This document shows positions 11,964-22,700 of a DNA stretch of 64,000 bases, in pieces (the stretch's first letter is position 1; every line of letters begins with the position of its first letter). Source of the DNA: Marsupella aquatica (Eukaryota; Plantae; Marchantiophyta); NCBI GenBank assembly GCA_973895155.1, contig OZ316891.1, positions 16,393,551 to 16,457,550 of the forward strand, in the 5' to 3' direction. The notes under the pieces are model-generated. The model saw only the letters and a list, made by a program, of their open reading frames with translations. It ran no database searches and had not been told where the DNA came from. A program made the translations under genes and the position numbers.

Positions 11964-13094
11964 ATAGGCGTACGGACGTGGGTGTACGGCCTCCAGATTT
12001 CCAACATTTTAGTGGGGGGTCACTCATGGGCTTGTTGGGATGAGCTCGCGGAGCTGATTCCAACAAGAGGCGGCGCTCCTCAAACGGAGCCAGGATGAGC
12101 AAGTTATGGCCTGGAGAACTTATGTTTTTGCGGTACGGAAACGGCCATAACTCAGGCGTCTGAAGTCCGTTGAGGGAGCGACTTAGTGATTCGGAAGCAG
12201 GAAAAGAAGAGCTATCCAGGGGTGAGCTCAGGTGTGCACTTGGAAGGGCACCTAGTTTCGGCCATTTTGGGGTGCCTCTCACTTTCAGGGTTCACGTGTA
12301 CTGTTGGGGCGCCGTCGAAGGCACCGTCGGCCCCCTTGTTTTGGGTTTAGGGTTTTAGCAGCATGTGTGTGCCGCATGCTCCTCTTCAGTTTAAGGATTT
12401 CTCTTAGTGCAAGGTTTTAGCGGCGCCGCTAGGGTAGCCGCCACCGTTGTGACCCTGTGAGGGGTGCTTTGGTGTGATTTTTCAGTATTTAGGGGGATAG
12501 CCCCGAAGTAGTTAGGGGGACTCAGTGTGAAGTTAGCAAGGAGGGATAGAGTGGAGCCTGAGGAGTTTGAAAGCGTGTTCAGAGTAGTGAGGGGGAGCCA
12601 TACTCATTGTCCGGAGAGGCAGGAGTTGAGTAGACGGCAGGAGGCCGGGTTACTCATGCAATGTGTATCGTTTTTCCCAAGAGATATGGATCTGTACATT
12701 TGACTTGATGGGCTTTTGTTGTGTGTTCCTTCTCCCTTTTTCGCTTTCCGAATTGTGTTCTCCCGTTCTATGATTTGAAGAAACTTGCTTGGTTTGAGTC
12801 GGCCTTGTGAGTAGGGGTGGTGACAGCACTCTTTGGGTGACTCCGAGTGAAGGTGTAGTGGGGTAGTCGGCAGGACTTGATCAAAAGCTGTGGGGTGAGG
12901 GTAGTCGGTAGACTTGATCAAAACCTACATTTCCGGGAGCGGAAACCAAAATACTCATCCTGGTGTGAAAAGAATCCAAATAGCGTCCCTCCACGACCCC
13001 GTAATACGATACCAACGGTTTAAGCGAAGAAAAGTGCGGTTTGCACGTATTAACCGTTGGAGAGGCAAGTGACATAAGTGTGGTCTTTTGTTTT

Positions 13095-13112
13095 TGGCGC
13101 CGCTGCCGGGGA
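13095..13112 (+). promoter_or_regulatory. Primer-binding site of element A (tRNA-Asp-like)
   Basis: TGGCGCCGCTGCCGGGGA, one mismatch from the Athila-type TGGCGCCGTTGCCGGGGA. Confidence 0.8.
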
Positions 13113-13329
13113 ATCCTTCTTCTTGTTTGACGACACGAAGGAGGGGAGCTACGTCTATTGGGAGTTCAAACCTATCAACCACAACGCAACTTGCGACGGT
13201 TGATACGTGAGAAGTTTGTTGGTTACTTTGTTATTGTACGTCAACCACAACGCATCGTGCGACGGTTGATGTTTACAAATATTGCTTTCTGAGACATTGG
13301 TGTAAGTTTGGAATGCAGGTCTCAATGGG

Positions 13330-16300
13330 ATGCCGAGAGGGAGAAGGGGAGGTAGAGGAAGTCCCCAACACACACGTACCCCAAGATCAGAGCTAGAAGG
13401 GGGGCCCTCTTGGATTGGGACCAGACGACGAGTTGCTGCCGAAGAACGCTTACGGCTTGCAGAAGAGAGGAGGTTGCCACTGGTGCTGGAAGAACAAGTT
13501 GGTGTGCAACAGGAAGAGGCTCAACGTAATGAGGCCATATGCCCAGACGAAGAGCCAGACATAGATCACGAGCGAGAAGAAGGAGAGCCCTTTGTGTTGG
13601 TGCAGTCTGAGTTACAAAATCTGATCCCAGAGCTCACTGCATTGCCACAAATCATCTCACACCTATCATCGGTGCTGTTACCGGTGGCCCAACAAGCGCC
13701 ATTACCACCTGTGTTGATACAGGCACCGGCTGCACCGATGGCAGCTGCACAACGTACCCGTGTTCAGTACGTACCCTTCAAGGGGAGACCAAAGGATGAT
13801 CCAGACGAATGGATTGAGGAGTTTGAAGGGATTGCCGAAGCTAATGGGGAGTCTGCACATAAGCTCACTATCATTCCTGGAATGATGAGAGGGGAGGCAG
13901 GTCCATGGTTCATTTCGTTGTTGGCCAACGTGAAAGCTGATTGGGCTCTGTTCAAGCAAGCCTTCTTGAAGGAGTTCAGATCCATAGGAGTGGAGGCCAC
14001 CTCACTATTAAAGGTGGGCCAACTCAGGATGAAGAAGAAGGAGTCATTACGGAGGTTTTTGCAAAGGTTCCAAAAGCTGGTACGTCGGATCCAAGCCCGT
14101 ACCGATGATGCTATGCGTCAAGCCTGGTTTGTGGCTGCCCTACCAAGCAAGATGGGGTTCTTTGTACGTCAAGCCAAGCCAACCACATTGGCTGAAGCTA
14201 TTGCAGCAGCGGAGTCATACACCGCAGCTGATGCCACAAGCAAGCGTTGCCGAAGAAAGAAGCTGAAGCCGGTTGACAGTTCCTCCAGTGAGGAGTCGAG
14301 TGGATCTGATTCAGATAGTAGTGATGAATCTGAGGATTCTGAGAGTACTACAGAGTCAGACACTACGGAGTCAGAAGCTGAAAGACGAAGGAGGAAGAAG
14401 AAGAAGTTGTCAAAGAAAGTCAAGAAGTCCTCTCACCGTGAAGTGATACTACCCACGGTGGCCGTTACACCATTGTCTACGGCAAGACGCCTGAAGGAGC
14501 AAGAGGCCAGATATGATGAGCTGACGGAGCAAATGAAAGCGTTGAAAGTACATTTTGCCGGACTCAAACCTGAGAGGAGAAAAGTTCCGGTGGAGAGAGC
14601 CAATGTGTGGTGCACCAAGTGCATGAAGTTTGGTCATGCCCCGAAGGAGTGCCCAGCGGGAGAACCAGCCAAGGTTTTCCAAGTACGGGAGGAGGATGTT
14701 GAGGGGGCAAGCTACTCAAATCCTTCATATGCAGCGGAAGGGCCAATAGAGTACTTCATGGAGGAGCCACCAGAGGCCAACGTGTATAGTGTACAACCTC
14801 TCAACCCGGGACCACGGAGCATTCATGGAGTTTCAACAAACGCCGGAGCACCCGCATACTCCAACTATCCCAATGCTAACCCAGGGAATCGACCACCGTA
14901 CCCTGGAGTGAGGAAGATCCCTATTTGTTACAATTGTAGAGTGGCGGGCCACTACGCTAATGTGTGCCCAGAGCCCACCCGTCAAGGCAATGGAGATTTT
15001 GCCCGGCTGTGTCAACTATGCAAGGGGGAGGGTCATCTTGCACCACACTGCCCAACCTTGGAGGCGTTCAAGGCTCAACCGATTGGGGCACAAGAGAAGA
15101 AGGGGCCGCCACCTCCTCTGAAAGAAGCTAGCGTCAACTTTCTCACCACGGAAGCAGTCGACACCCCTCTAATCACTAGAAGAGAAGAAACCGTAGTGAA
15201 CATTCCCAAGCAAAGGATGACCACCATAACGGAGGAGGTGGTACCGCTAGTCGTTGTAGTATCTCCAGTTGTTGAGATACCGGTGGTTGTTGTTGCAACA
15301 TCTACGGAAGTTGAAGTTGCTAACCCCTCACCCCCAAGTCATGAGTGGACTCATGCTGAGAATCTACCGGAGGAAGACAGCGACGAGGAGAGAAGGCATT
15401 ACTCTTGTTACCGAGTCTCCACTCGATCCGGCAAAAAGAAGGGCAAGTCCGAGCTCAAGCAGAAGTACAAGGAGGTGCATCAAGCTTCCACATCGGGTAC
15501 CTCACACGAACCGGAGGTGCCACCCATGGAGGATAGTGACTTTGATCGGGACAACCCCAAGTTGTTCTATCCGAAGGTGGGAGAAGAGGTACGTAAGCAG
15601 TTGGAGGAGCTAGAAGCACAAGCCATGCAAGCGGCCATTGACAAAGACATGGAGGAGGCAAAGGCCAGAAAGAAAGCGGAGGAGAGGGTTGTTCGTTGGA
15701 AACCGGGAGAAGAGGTCATCCCACCCATACCTCCTGCAACCGCGTACAACATTGCTCAAGACATTCTGGATTGCCCAGTCAGTGCCACAATTGGTCAACT
15801 ATTACGGGATAGCTCCCTATACCGTCGCCAAGTCAAGGAGATTCTCATGAGGAGGAGACGTAGAAGAAGGTTACCCAAAGTTGGGGCTGACCCCATACAA
15901 GTCAACTGGGTCACGGAGGATTTGGGTGCCCCAGAACTCACGGTGGACATCAATGGATGTGCAATACGGTTTGTACCGGTGGACGGGGGCTCGGGAGTCA
16001 ACATCATGACTGAGGAGACGGCAAACCGGTTGGGGTATACAGAGTTAGAACCACCGGCACGTGCCATGAGGTTGGCTGATGGTGCACGGGTGGTGCCGTT
16101 GGGGTGTCTCACCAAGATTCCAACAATGATTGGGGGAAAATCTTTCCCCCTCAACTATTTGGTGATGCGACCCGTTCGGCCGTACAGTTTTCCCATTTTA
16201 ATTGGCAGGCCATGGTTGTATGTGGCCAAGGTCACAAGTGATTGGGGCAAACGGCAGTTTCGGTTTGGTATCCCCACTATCACTATTCCATGGTCAGCGG

Positions 16301-19300
16301 AGTCACCTCACGGGGAGACTACGACTATGGAGGAGGAATATGATTCAGAGGTCACCTCAGATGAAGACGAGGATGAAGTATACATGGTGAAACTGATTTC
16401 TCACCTCACGGAGGAAGATGTTTTTGGCCCCGGAGTTGCTACTCAAGAGCATGCAGTAGAGGAATCAGTTAGCCAAGTGCACGCTGTTCTAGAAGAGATG
16501 GAAGACGAGCGAAGCAAAATTGTGGAGGCTGAACCTCTAGAGATTCATGATAGGGAGGCAGAGGATCACCCCGAGGAGGTGGAAATGCAAGCCCACACGA
16601 TCATGTTTGATGATGAGCAAAGAGAGCAGTTTTTGAATGACATCCTGGATGATGACTTTAGAGAGGAGCTATTGTCACATTACAAAGAATCTGACGTTGA
16701 AGAAATAATGGCCCATGTGACAAAGGATCCACCTCCATCCCGACCAGACCAGGAGGAGAGTGATGCACCGGTGTATGGAGGGATGAGGCTCGCACGGTTG
16801 GAAGAAACCTTTGATGAGGAGACACGCAACAAGTTGGACGTGATCAGGCCGGAGCAGTACACAAAGGTGGAAGTGGGTGAGGGCAAGACACTCAACATTG
16901 GTAGTAAGTTGGATGCTACGGAGCAACGCACGATTCAGGAATTGTTGAAAGAGTACCAAGACGTATTTGCGTGGAGCCACCAAGATTTGAAAGGAGTGCC
17001 ACCTGAGTTTGGTGAGCACAGCATTGACCTGATGTCAGGAGCACGACCTGTGAGGCAACGCCAATACCGCCTCAACCCCAAATACTCACTCATGGTGAAG
17101 GAGGAGATTGACCGTTTGTTGGATGCAGGATTCATTTATCCGGTCATGCATAGTGAGTGGGTGTCACCCATCGTAATCGTGCCCAAGAAAAAGGGGCCAG
17201 ACGGGAAGGTGAAAATACGGGTGTGCCAAGATTTTCGAAAGTTGAATGATGCGACCAAGAAGGATCACTACCCGCTACCGTTCACGGATATCGTGTTGGA
17301 CATGGTAGCAGGTTGGGAGATATACAGCTTCTTGGATGGCTACTCTGGGTACAACCAAATCTGGATACGGGAGGAGGACCAACTCAAGACGGCTTTCACA
17401 ACAGAGTGGGGGATTTTTGCATTCCGGAGAATGCCTTTTGGGTTGTGCAATGCCCCTGGCATGTTCCAACGGCTCATGATGAATATATTTCATGACTTTT
17501 TACGCAGGTTCTTGGAGATCTTTATTGATGACTTTGCTGTCTACGGCAAACGAGTCAAGCATCCGGAACACTTACGGTTGACTTTTCAGCGGTGCCGGGA
17601 GACTTGCCTGAAGCTGCATCCGGAGAAATGTTTCTTTGGAATTGAGGAGGGAATCCTATTGGGCCACAAAGTGTCTGCACGAGGGATTGAAGTTGATCGT
17701 GAGAAGGTCGCCGTGTGGGTAGCAGTCTCATTTCCCAAGAATGTGAAGGAAGTGAGAGGGTTCTTGGGGTGTGTTGGCTACTACCGACGCTTCATCAAAG
17801 ACTTTGCCAAGGTAGCCATGCCACTCACTTCCATGTTGAAAAAAGGAAGTGAGTTTGAACCTACTCCTTCCCGTCAGGCTGCTTTTGATGAATTGAAGAA
17901 ACGATTGCTAGAGGCCCCCGTGCTCATTACGCCCAATTGGAATAAGGAATTCCATGTTTACGTAGACGTATCAGGATTTTGCATCGGTGCCGTTTTGAGT
18001 CAGTTAGATGATGATGGAAGAGACCATCCCATCTACTTTGCCAGTAGGCAGTTGGCCCCGGCAGAGAAAAACTACTCACCCACCGATAGGGAGGCACTTG
18101 GTATCATCTACGCTTGTAAGAAGTATCGTCATTATTTGTTGGGGTACAAGGTTGTGTTCCACACGGATCACAACAGCTTGAAATACATGGTCAACAAGCC
18201 AGATCTGTCCGGGAGAATTGCACGTTGGGTTTTGTTGCTACAAGAGTTCAACTATGAGGTGAGAGTAAGATCGGGGAAGAGTCATAGCAATGCAGACTTC
18301 TTCTCCCGTATTGAGGGAGCATCTGACTCCCAGGAGATTGATGATCGGTTCCCGGATGAGGAAGTGTTCAGCGTGAATACAGAGGCCACTACTTGGTATG
18401 GAGAAATTTTGGAATTTCTCCGCACGGCTAGAGTTCCCTCACGTTTGGGCCCGGAGAGAGCAGCAGTGTTTTTGCGTAAGACAGGTCCCTACTTGCTTGT
18501 GAAGGGAGTACTTCACAAGTACGGCATGGATGGCCGACTTCGTCGTTGTTTGGAGGAAGCGGAGATACGTACAGTCATGGCAGCATTACATGAGGAGGAA
18601 GCTGGTGGCCACTTTGCACGGGAGACCACCGCAAGGAAAATACTAGATGCTGGATATTGGTGGCCAACTCTCTTTCGGGATGTACACCGGTACATCCAGC
18701 GATGTGATCCGTGCCAGCGTCAAGGCAAACCAGGGCCCTCCTCACGACACCCATTGGTGCCCATACTTCCTCTTGCACCCTTTGAGAAGTGGGGGGTGGA
18801 CTTCATTGGCCCTTTCACTCCCATCACACGAAGAGGGAGGAAGCGCTACATCATTCTTGCAACGGACTATGCCACCAAGTGGGTGGAGGCCCGAGCTACT
18901 GCCAAGGATGATGCCAACACCACGGCACGTTTTTTGTATGAGCAGATTTTTACACGATTTGGTCCACCATTGGAGTTGGTAAGTGACAGGGGTACTCACT
19001 TCCTCAATCATACGATTGAACGTTTGACGGAGAACTACTTGATCTCACATAGGAAGACCACTCCGTACCACCCTCGAGCCAACGGGCTCACTGAGAGAGC
19101 CAACGGGATCATGGGCAAGATCCTCAACAAAACGGTATCCGCTCACAAGACCGATTGGGATTTGAAGTTGTTGGCTGCCACTTACGCTTACAACCTGGCT
19201 CACAAGACTACCACGGGCCACAGCCCCTATTTCCTTGTGTTTGGACAACACTCTCTTGTGCCGGTGGAATTTGAGGTTCCAACCATTCGAATCCTAACAC

Positions 19301-19728
19301 GGGAAAGGGAAGGGGCAGAAGAAAGTGTCGCTTCACGGATCCAACAGTTGGAGCAACTCACGGAGACACGAGAAGAGGCTTTGACACATACGGAGCAGGA
19401 GCAAGGCAAACGCAAGTCACATTACGATTCCCGTCTCCGTCGTGTGTCCATTGAGGAGGGAGATTTGGTGCTCCTCTACGATAGCCGCTTCATGCATTTC
19501 CCCGGGAAGTTGCATACACGGTGGATGGGACCCTACGTAGTGGATGCCGTCTACTCCAACGGCTCGGTTCAACTCAAGACATTGGAGGGGCAACTACTCA
19601 ACACACGGATCAATCAAGAGCGCCTAAAGAAGTACTACACGGAGGAAGAGTATGGTGCTCGCGGGGGCGCTTCGCAATTAAGAGAGGAGCTATGTGACGG
19701 GTACCCCGTCACGGGAAGTCACACATAA
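13330..19728 (+). CDS. Gag-Pol polyprotein, 2132 aa
   Basis: Gag capsid (DDPDEWIEEF), three CCHC knuckles, protease VDGGSGVN, RT (LDGYSGY, FIDDF), RNase H (VDVSG, TDH), integrase (H..H..C..C, VDFIGP, SDRGTHF, TERAN), GPY motif. Confidence 0.97.
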   Translation: MPRGRRGGRGSPQHTRTPRSELEGGPSWIGTRRRVAAEERLRLAEERRLPLVLEEQVGVQQEEAQRNEAICPDEEPDIDHEREEGEPFVLVQSELQNLIPELTALPQIISHLSSVLLPVAQQAPLPPVLIQAPAAPMAAAQRTRVQYVPFKGRPKDDPDEWIEEFEGIAEANGESAHKLTIIPGMMRGEAGPWFISLLANVKADWALFKQAFLKEFRSIGVEATSLLKVGQLRMKKKESLRRFLQRFQKLVRRIQARTDDAMRQAWFVAALPSKMGFFVRQAKPTTLAEAIAAAESYTAADATSKRCRRKKLKPVDSSSSEESSGSDSDSSDESEDSESTTESDTTESEAERRRRKKKKLSKKVKKSSHREVILPTVAVTPLSTARRLKEQEARYDELTEQMKALKVHFAGLKPERRKVPVERANVWCTKCMKFGHAPKECPAGEPAKVFQVREEDVEGASYSNPSYAAEGPIEYFMEEPPEANVYSVQPLNPGPRSIHGVSTNAGAPAYSNYPNANPGNRPPYPGVRKIPICYNCRVAGHYANVCPEPTRQGNGDFARLCQLCKGEGHLAPHCPTLEAFKAQPIGAQEKKGPPPPLKEASVNFLTTEAVDTPLITRREETVVNIPKQRMTTITEEVVPLVVVVSPVVEIPVVVVATSTEVEVANPSPPSHEWTHAENLPEEDSDEERRHYSCYRVSTRSGKKKGKSELKQKYKEVHQASTSGTSHEPEVPPMEDSDFDRDNPKLFYPKVGEEVRKQLEELEAQAMQAAIDKDMEEAKARKKAEERVVRWKPGEEVIPPIPPATAYNIAQDILDCPVSATIGQLLRDSSLYRRQVKEILMRRRRRRRLPKVGADPIQVNWVTEDLGAPELTVDINGCAIRFVPVDGGSGVNIMTEETANRLGYTELEPPARAMRLADGARVVPLGCLTKIPTMIGGKSFPLNYLVMRPVRPYSFPILIGRPWLYVAKVTSDWGKRQFRFGIPTITIPWSAESPHGETTTMEEEYDSEVTSDEDEDEVYMVKLISHLTEEDVFGPGVATQEHAVEESVSQVHAVLEEMEDERSKIVEAEPLEIHDREAEDHPEEVEMQAHTIMFDDEQREQFLNDILDDDFREELLSHYKESDVEEIMAHVTKDPPPSRPDQEESDAPVYGGMRLARLEETFDEETRNKLDVIRPEQYTKVEVGEGKTLNIGSKLDATEQRTIQELLKEYQDVFAWSHQDLKGVPPEFGEHSIDLMSGARPVRQRQYRLNPKYSLMVKEEIDRLLDAGFIYPVMHSEWVSPIVIVPKKKGPDGKVKIRVCQDFRKLNDATKKDHYPLPFTDIVLDMVAGWEIYSFLDGYSGYNQIWIREEDQLKTAFTTEWGIFAFRRMPFGLCNAPGMFQRLMMNIFHDFLRRFLEIFIDDFAVYGKRVKHPEHLRLTFQRCRETCLKLHPEKCFFGIEEGILLGHKVSARGIEVDREKVAVWVAVSFPKNVKEVRGFLGCVGYYRRFIKDFAKVAMPLTSMLKKGSEFEPTPSRQAAFDELKKRLLEAPVLITPNWNKEFHVYVDVSGFCIGAVLSQLDDDGRDHPIYFASRQLAPAEKNYSPTDREALGIIYACKKYRHYLLGYKVVFHTDHNSLKYMVNKPDLSGRIARWVLLLQEFNYEVRVRSGKSHSNADFFSRIEGASDSQEIDDRFPDEEVFSVNTEATTWYGEILEFLRTARVPSRLGPERAAVFLRKTGPYLLVKGVLHKYGMDGRLRRCLEEAEIRTVMAALHEEEAGGHFARETTARKILDAGYWWPTLFRDVHRYIQRCDPCQRQGKPGPSSRHPLVPILPLAPFEKWGVDFIGPFTPITRRGRKRYIILATDYATKWVEARATAKDDANTTARFLYEQIFTRFGPPLELVSDRGTHFLNHTIERLTENYLISHRKTTPYHPRANGLTERANGIMGKILNKTVSAHKTDWDLKLLAATYAYNLAHKTTTGHSPYFLVFGQHSLVPVEFEVPTIRILTREREGAEESVASRIQQLEQLTETREEALTHTEQEQGKRKSHYDSRLRRVSIEEGDLVLLYDSRFMHFPGKLHTRWMGPYVVDAVYSNGSVQLKTLEGQLLNTRINQERLKKYYTEEEYGARGGASQLREELCDGYPVTGSHT
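19680..19689 (+). promoter_or_regulatory. Polypurine tract of element A
   Basis: AAGAGAGGAG 3 nt upstream of the 3' LTR. Confidence 0.8.
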
Positions 19729-22700
19729 CTGGTTGCAAAGGCCGATACCTTGTTAATAGTCAATGTAAATAAGCCATTTTTTAATTTTTAGTTAATTCCG
19801 TCATTATAGGTTGATGATGCCCCAGGTGACTTTATATTCTTTCTCTCATAATAGTTCTAAGATTTGCGGCGACCTAAGTGGGCAAATATTTTGGGACCTT
19901 GAAACTAGCCAGGACCAGCCCCATAGGACTTACCGTTTTGCTTCAAGAGCTATTGTTGAGACCCCCATTGCAAAGTCAGGAGAGGGGGGGGTTTTTTTTA
20001 AAATAAATCCCTCCTCAGGAGGGCGAGTCCCATTAGTGGCCGTCCGAGAGAAAGAGGGGCTGCCTCGCGAGCCCATAGGGCTGCGTGCCCGGGCGATTAA
20101 TGGGGCTCCGCGAGCTGAAGGGGCTGCCTCGCGAGCCCATAGGGCTGCGTGCCCGGGCAATTAATGAGGCTCCGCGAGCTGAAGGAGCGCAAGCGAGCGG
20201 GGGGGGGGAGTTAAAGGGCCTCCCGCGAGCTGGGAGGATCACGCGAGCGGGGGGGAGTTAAAGGGCCTCCCGCGAGCTGGGAGGATCACGCGAGCGGGGG
20301 GGAGTTAAAGGGCCTCCCGCGAGCTGGGAGGATCACGCGAGCGGGGGGGAGTTGAAGGGCCTCCCGTGAGCCGGGAGGAATGGCCGCGCGCCCTGCATAG
20401 GGCCGCGCGCAGGAGGACGCAAGGGTAAGGCCCGAGAAATGGGCCGGGGCGCATGGCGAAGGCGCCAGGAGTTTTTTCGGTTCTATTTTTTTTTCCTTCC
20501 TTTTTCTTTCCCTCTTCCTTTTGCACGACCCTCTCATTGCCGAAAGCAAAAACGGGGTTCTTCTCTCTCTTGCCGGAAGCTCTCTCCAGATTCTAATTAT
20601 TTTTGAAGCTCTCTCTTTCATGGTGGATTAGTGGGGCTTGCTGGCGTCATTCTTCCAGGCATTAGTGGCGGCCGCACGGAGTAGTGACGGGAAATTGAGA
20701 GAATTTAAGTGATCGGGCTACGGGGGCTGTTTCGGGCCAGGGAATTGACATTGCCACGGGTGACGGGATTGGTGATTGAGAAATTGATTTCGGGATGCAT
20801 GGATGCTAGATCAACCAGAGTTTAGTGCGTCACGCATTCGGAGATACAAGGCTGCTTACCGTGACTACGTGGAGACTCGGATTACACGGGAAAGGGAAGA
20901 GAGAGAAGTTATGATGAGCACGGGATTGGCAGCGGGTTCCTCACCGGTGGGTAGGAAGATTTTTCATCGAATTTATCCCAAGACCTCCACCAAGGTGATG
21001 GAGGATTGTCGGAACATTTTCCAAGCCACCGGGCTTACAGAATTCATGAAGGTGGAGATTACCATCCCTTCAGGGAAGAGCTGGGACATTGAGGCCGGGA
21101 TGGAGTTCCGAACGGAGGGAATCTACTTTGAATGTCTCAAACGTGTAGTGCCCCATGTGGAGTTGGCTAAGCTATTGTTTCTTGAGAATCAGAAATTCTC
21201 ATTCACACCTCGGAATATCAGGGGAGAACTCACGTTGAAAATGGTGGCCACTTGGGTGACCAATCCTACCTCCACCACCGCCATCCCTCTTTCTGCTGTC
21301 AAGGATGTTGAGTATAAGGGCTTCCTGGCCAAGGTGCATCAACGGGTTCTTGGCAACGTGCAATCCGGAGTGCTGAATGAGGAGCATTTCGTGGTAGCTA
21401 TGGACATCAAGAACTACCCAGCCCATGTGTACGGATGGTGGTGCTACGGATTGAAGAAGCTATTGGCCGCTGAGCCCGGGAGTGTGAAACCAGGTGGGGC
21501 TGTACATTTGATGGGGTCATTTGTATTGGCCAGGGCAGAAGGGTTGATTGGTTCTCCGGGGCATGAAGACACGGGATCATCTCTCACCACGGAGATCCGG
21601 AGTATTGCCACTACCGTTTTAGGGAAGCTCACGGAGGAATCATTGTCTGCTGGTGGGGAGGATAATAGAGAAGAAGAGAACCAGGAGGATGATTGCACAT
21701 TGGAGTGGCTTGAATCACTCGTGGGAGATCCGAAACAGCCTCTGGAATACAACATTCCGGATGTTTACTTGGCAGAGCTACGGGATTTCAGAGAGGGAGT
21801 CCACGAGGGACTCAAGCTAGTCCACGCATTGAGGGAGTCTCTCAAGCACGCCACAGTCAAAGTAGAGACGTTAGAGCAGAGCATCCTGTCACTGAAGGAG
21901 GTGATCAAGACCAAGGAGCAGACCATTCATGAGAAGGTCAGGCACATCAATGCAGCTCACGTAGAGATCACCAACTTGAAGGGAGCTTTGTCCACCAAGG
22001 CCAAGGAAGCAGAAGAAGTAGGAGCGTTGAGGCAAGCATTGGCCAAAGAGAAGCAAAATTCTGGAGAAGTGATGGAGTGGAGGAACCAGGTGGGAGCACT
22101 ACGGAGTCAGGTGGCAGCCTTTGAGACACGAGCGAAGAGAAGTGAGGCCCTGAGTCTAGGGAAACGGAAGAGTCCCGGCACACCTGGCTCCACACTTTCC
22201 CCGGATGTGATCTCCCAAGCTATCGAGATGGTGGTGAAGGAGGTTAGTGGGAAGTATGGACCCTTGTTGGATGGAGCCAAGAAGAGTCAGGAGAAGAGTA
22301 AGAGCTTGGAGAAGAAGCTCCGGGAGGTACGGAAATCGTTACGGGAGGCTCAGGTCAGTACGGGGATGCCACCCAGGTCTGTCACCCCCGGGACTCCCAT
22401 GGCCACGGGGCAAGTTCTACCGTTGGAGTTGCGGTCCGGAGAAGAGGCTACCCTCTGGAAGGACACAATTGGTGAGGGGTACATCAAGGCGTGGCAGGCC
22501 TTGGCTGCTTTGAGGAAGCGCGGGAGCAGCAGCACTAAGAGTACTCCGTCGAAGAAGAAGAAAAGTACGGTGGCACTCACTCCCGTGAGTGATGAGGAGG
22601 AGGACCACTCACGGGGCACAAGTCCGGGCACCGAGAGCGAAGAAGAAGAGGAGGATTAGATAGGCGTACGGACGTGGGTGTACGGCCTCCAGATTTCCAA

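Larger units (their letters stand above)
8947..13074 (+). repeat. 5' LTR of element A (4128 bp)
   Basis: TGTGACGGG...AAGTGACA, near-identical to 19693-23770. Confidence 0.96.

Noticed and set aside
12339-12358. Telomeric repeat
   Set aside because: Only about two TTTAGGG-like units; at most a telo-box.
12418-12431. Palindrome TAGCGGCGCCGCTA in LTR A as a family motif
   Set aside because: Different internal sequence and symmetry; single copy per LTR.
13702-19415. Numerous antisense/overlapping short ORFs
   Set aside because: Shadows of long coding frames with no independent motifs.
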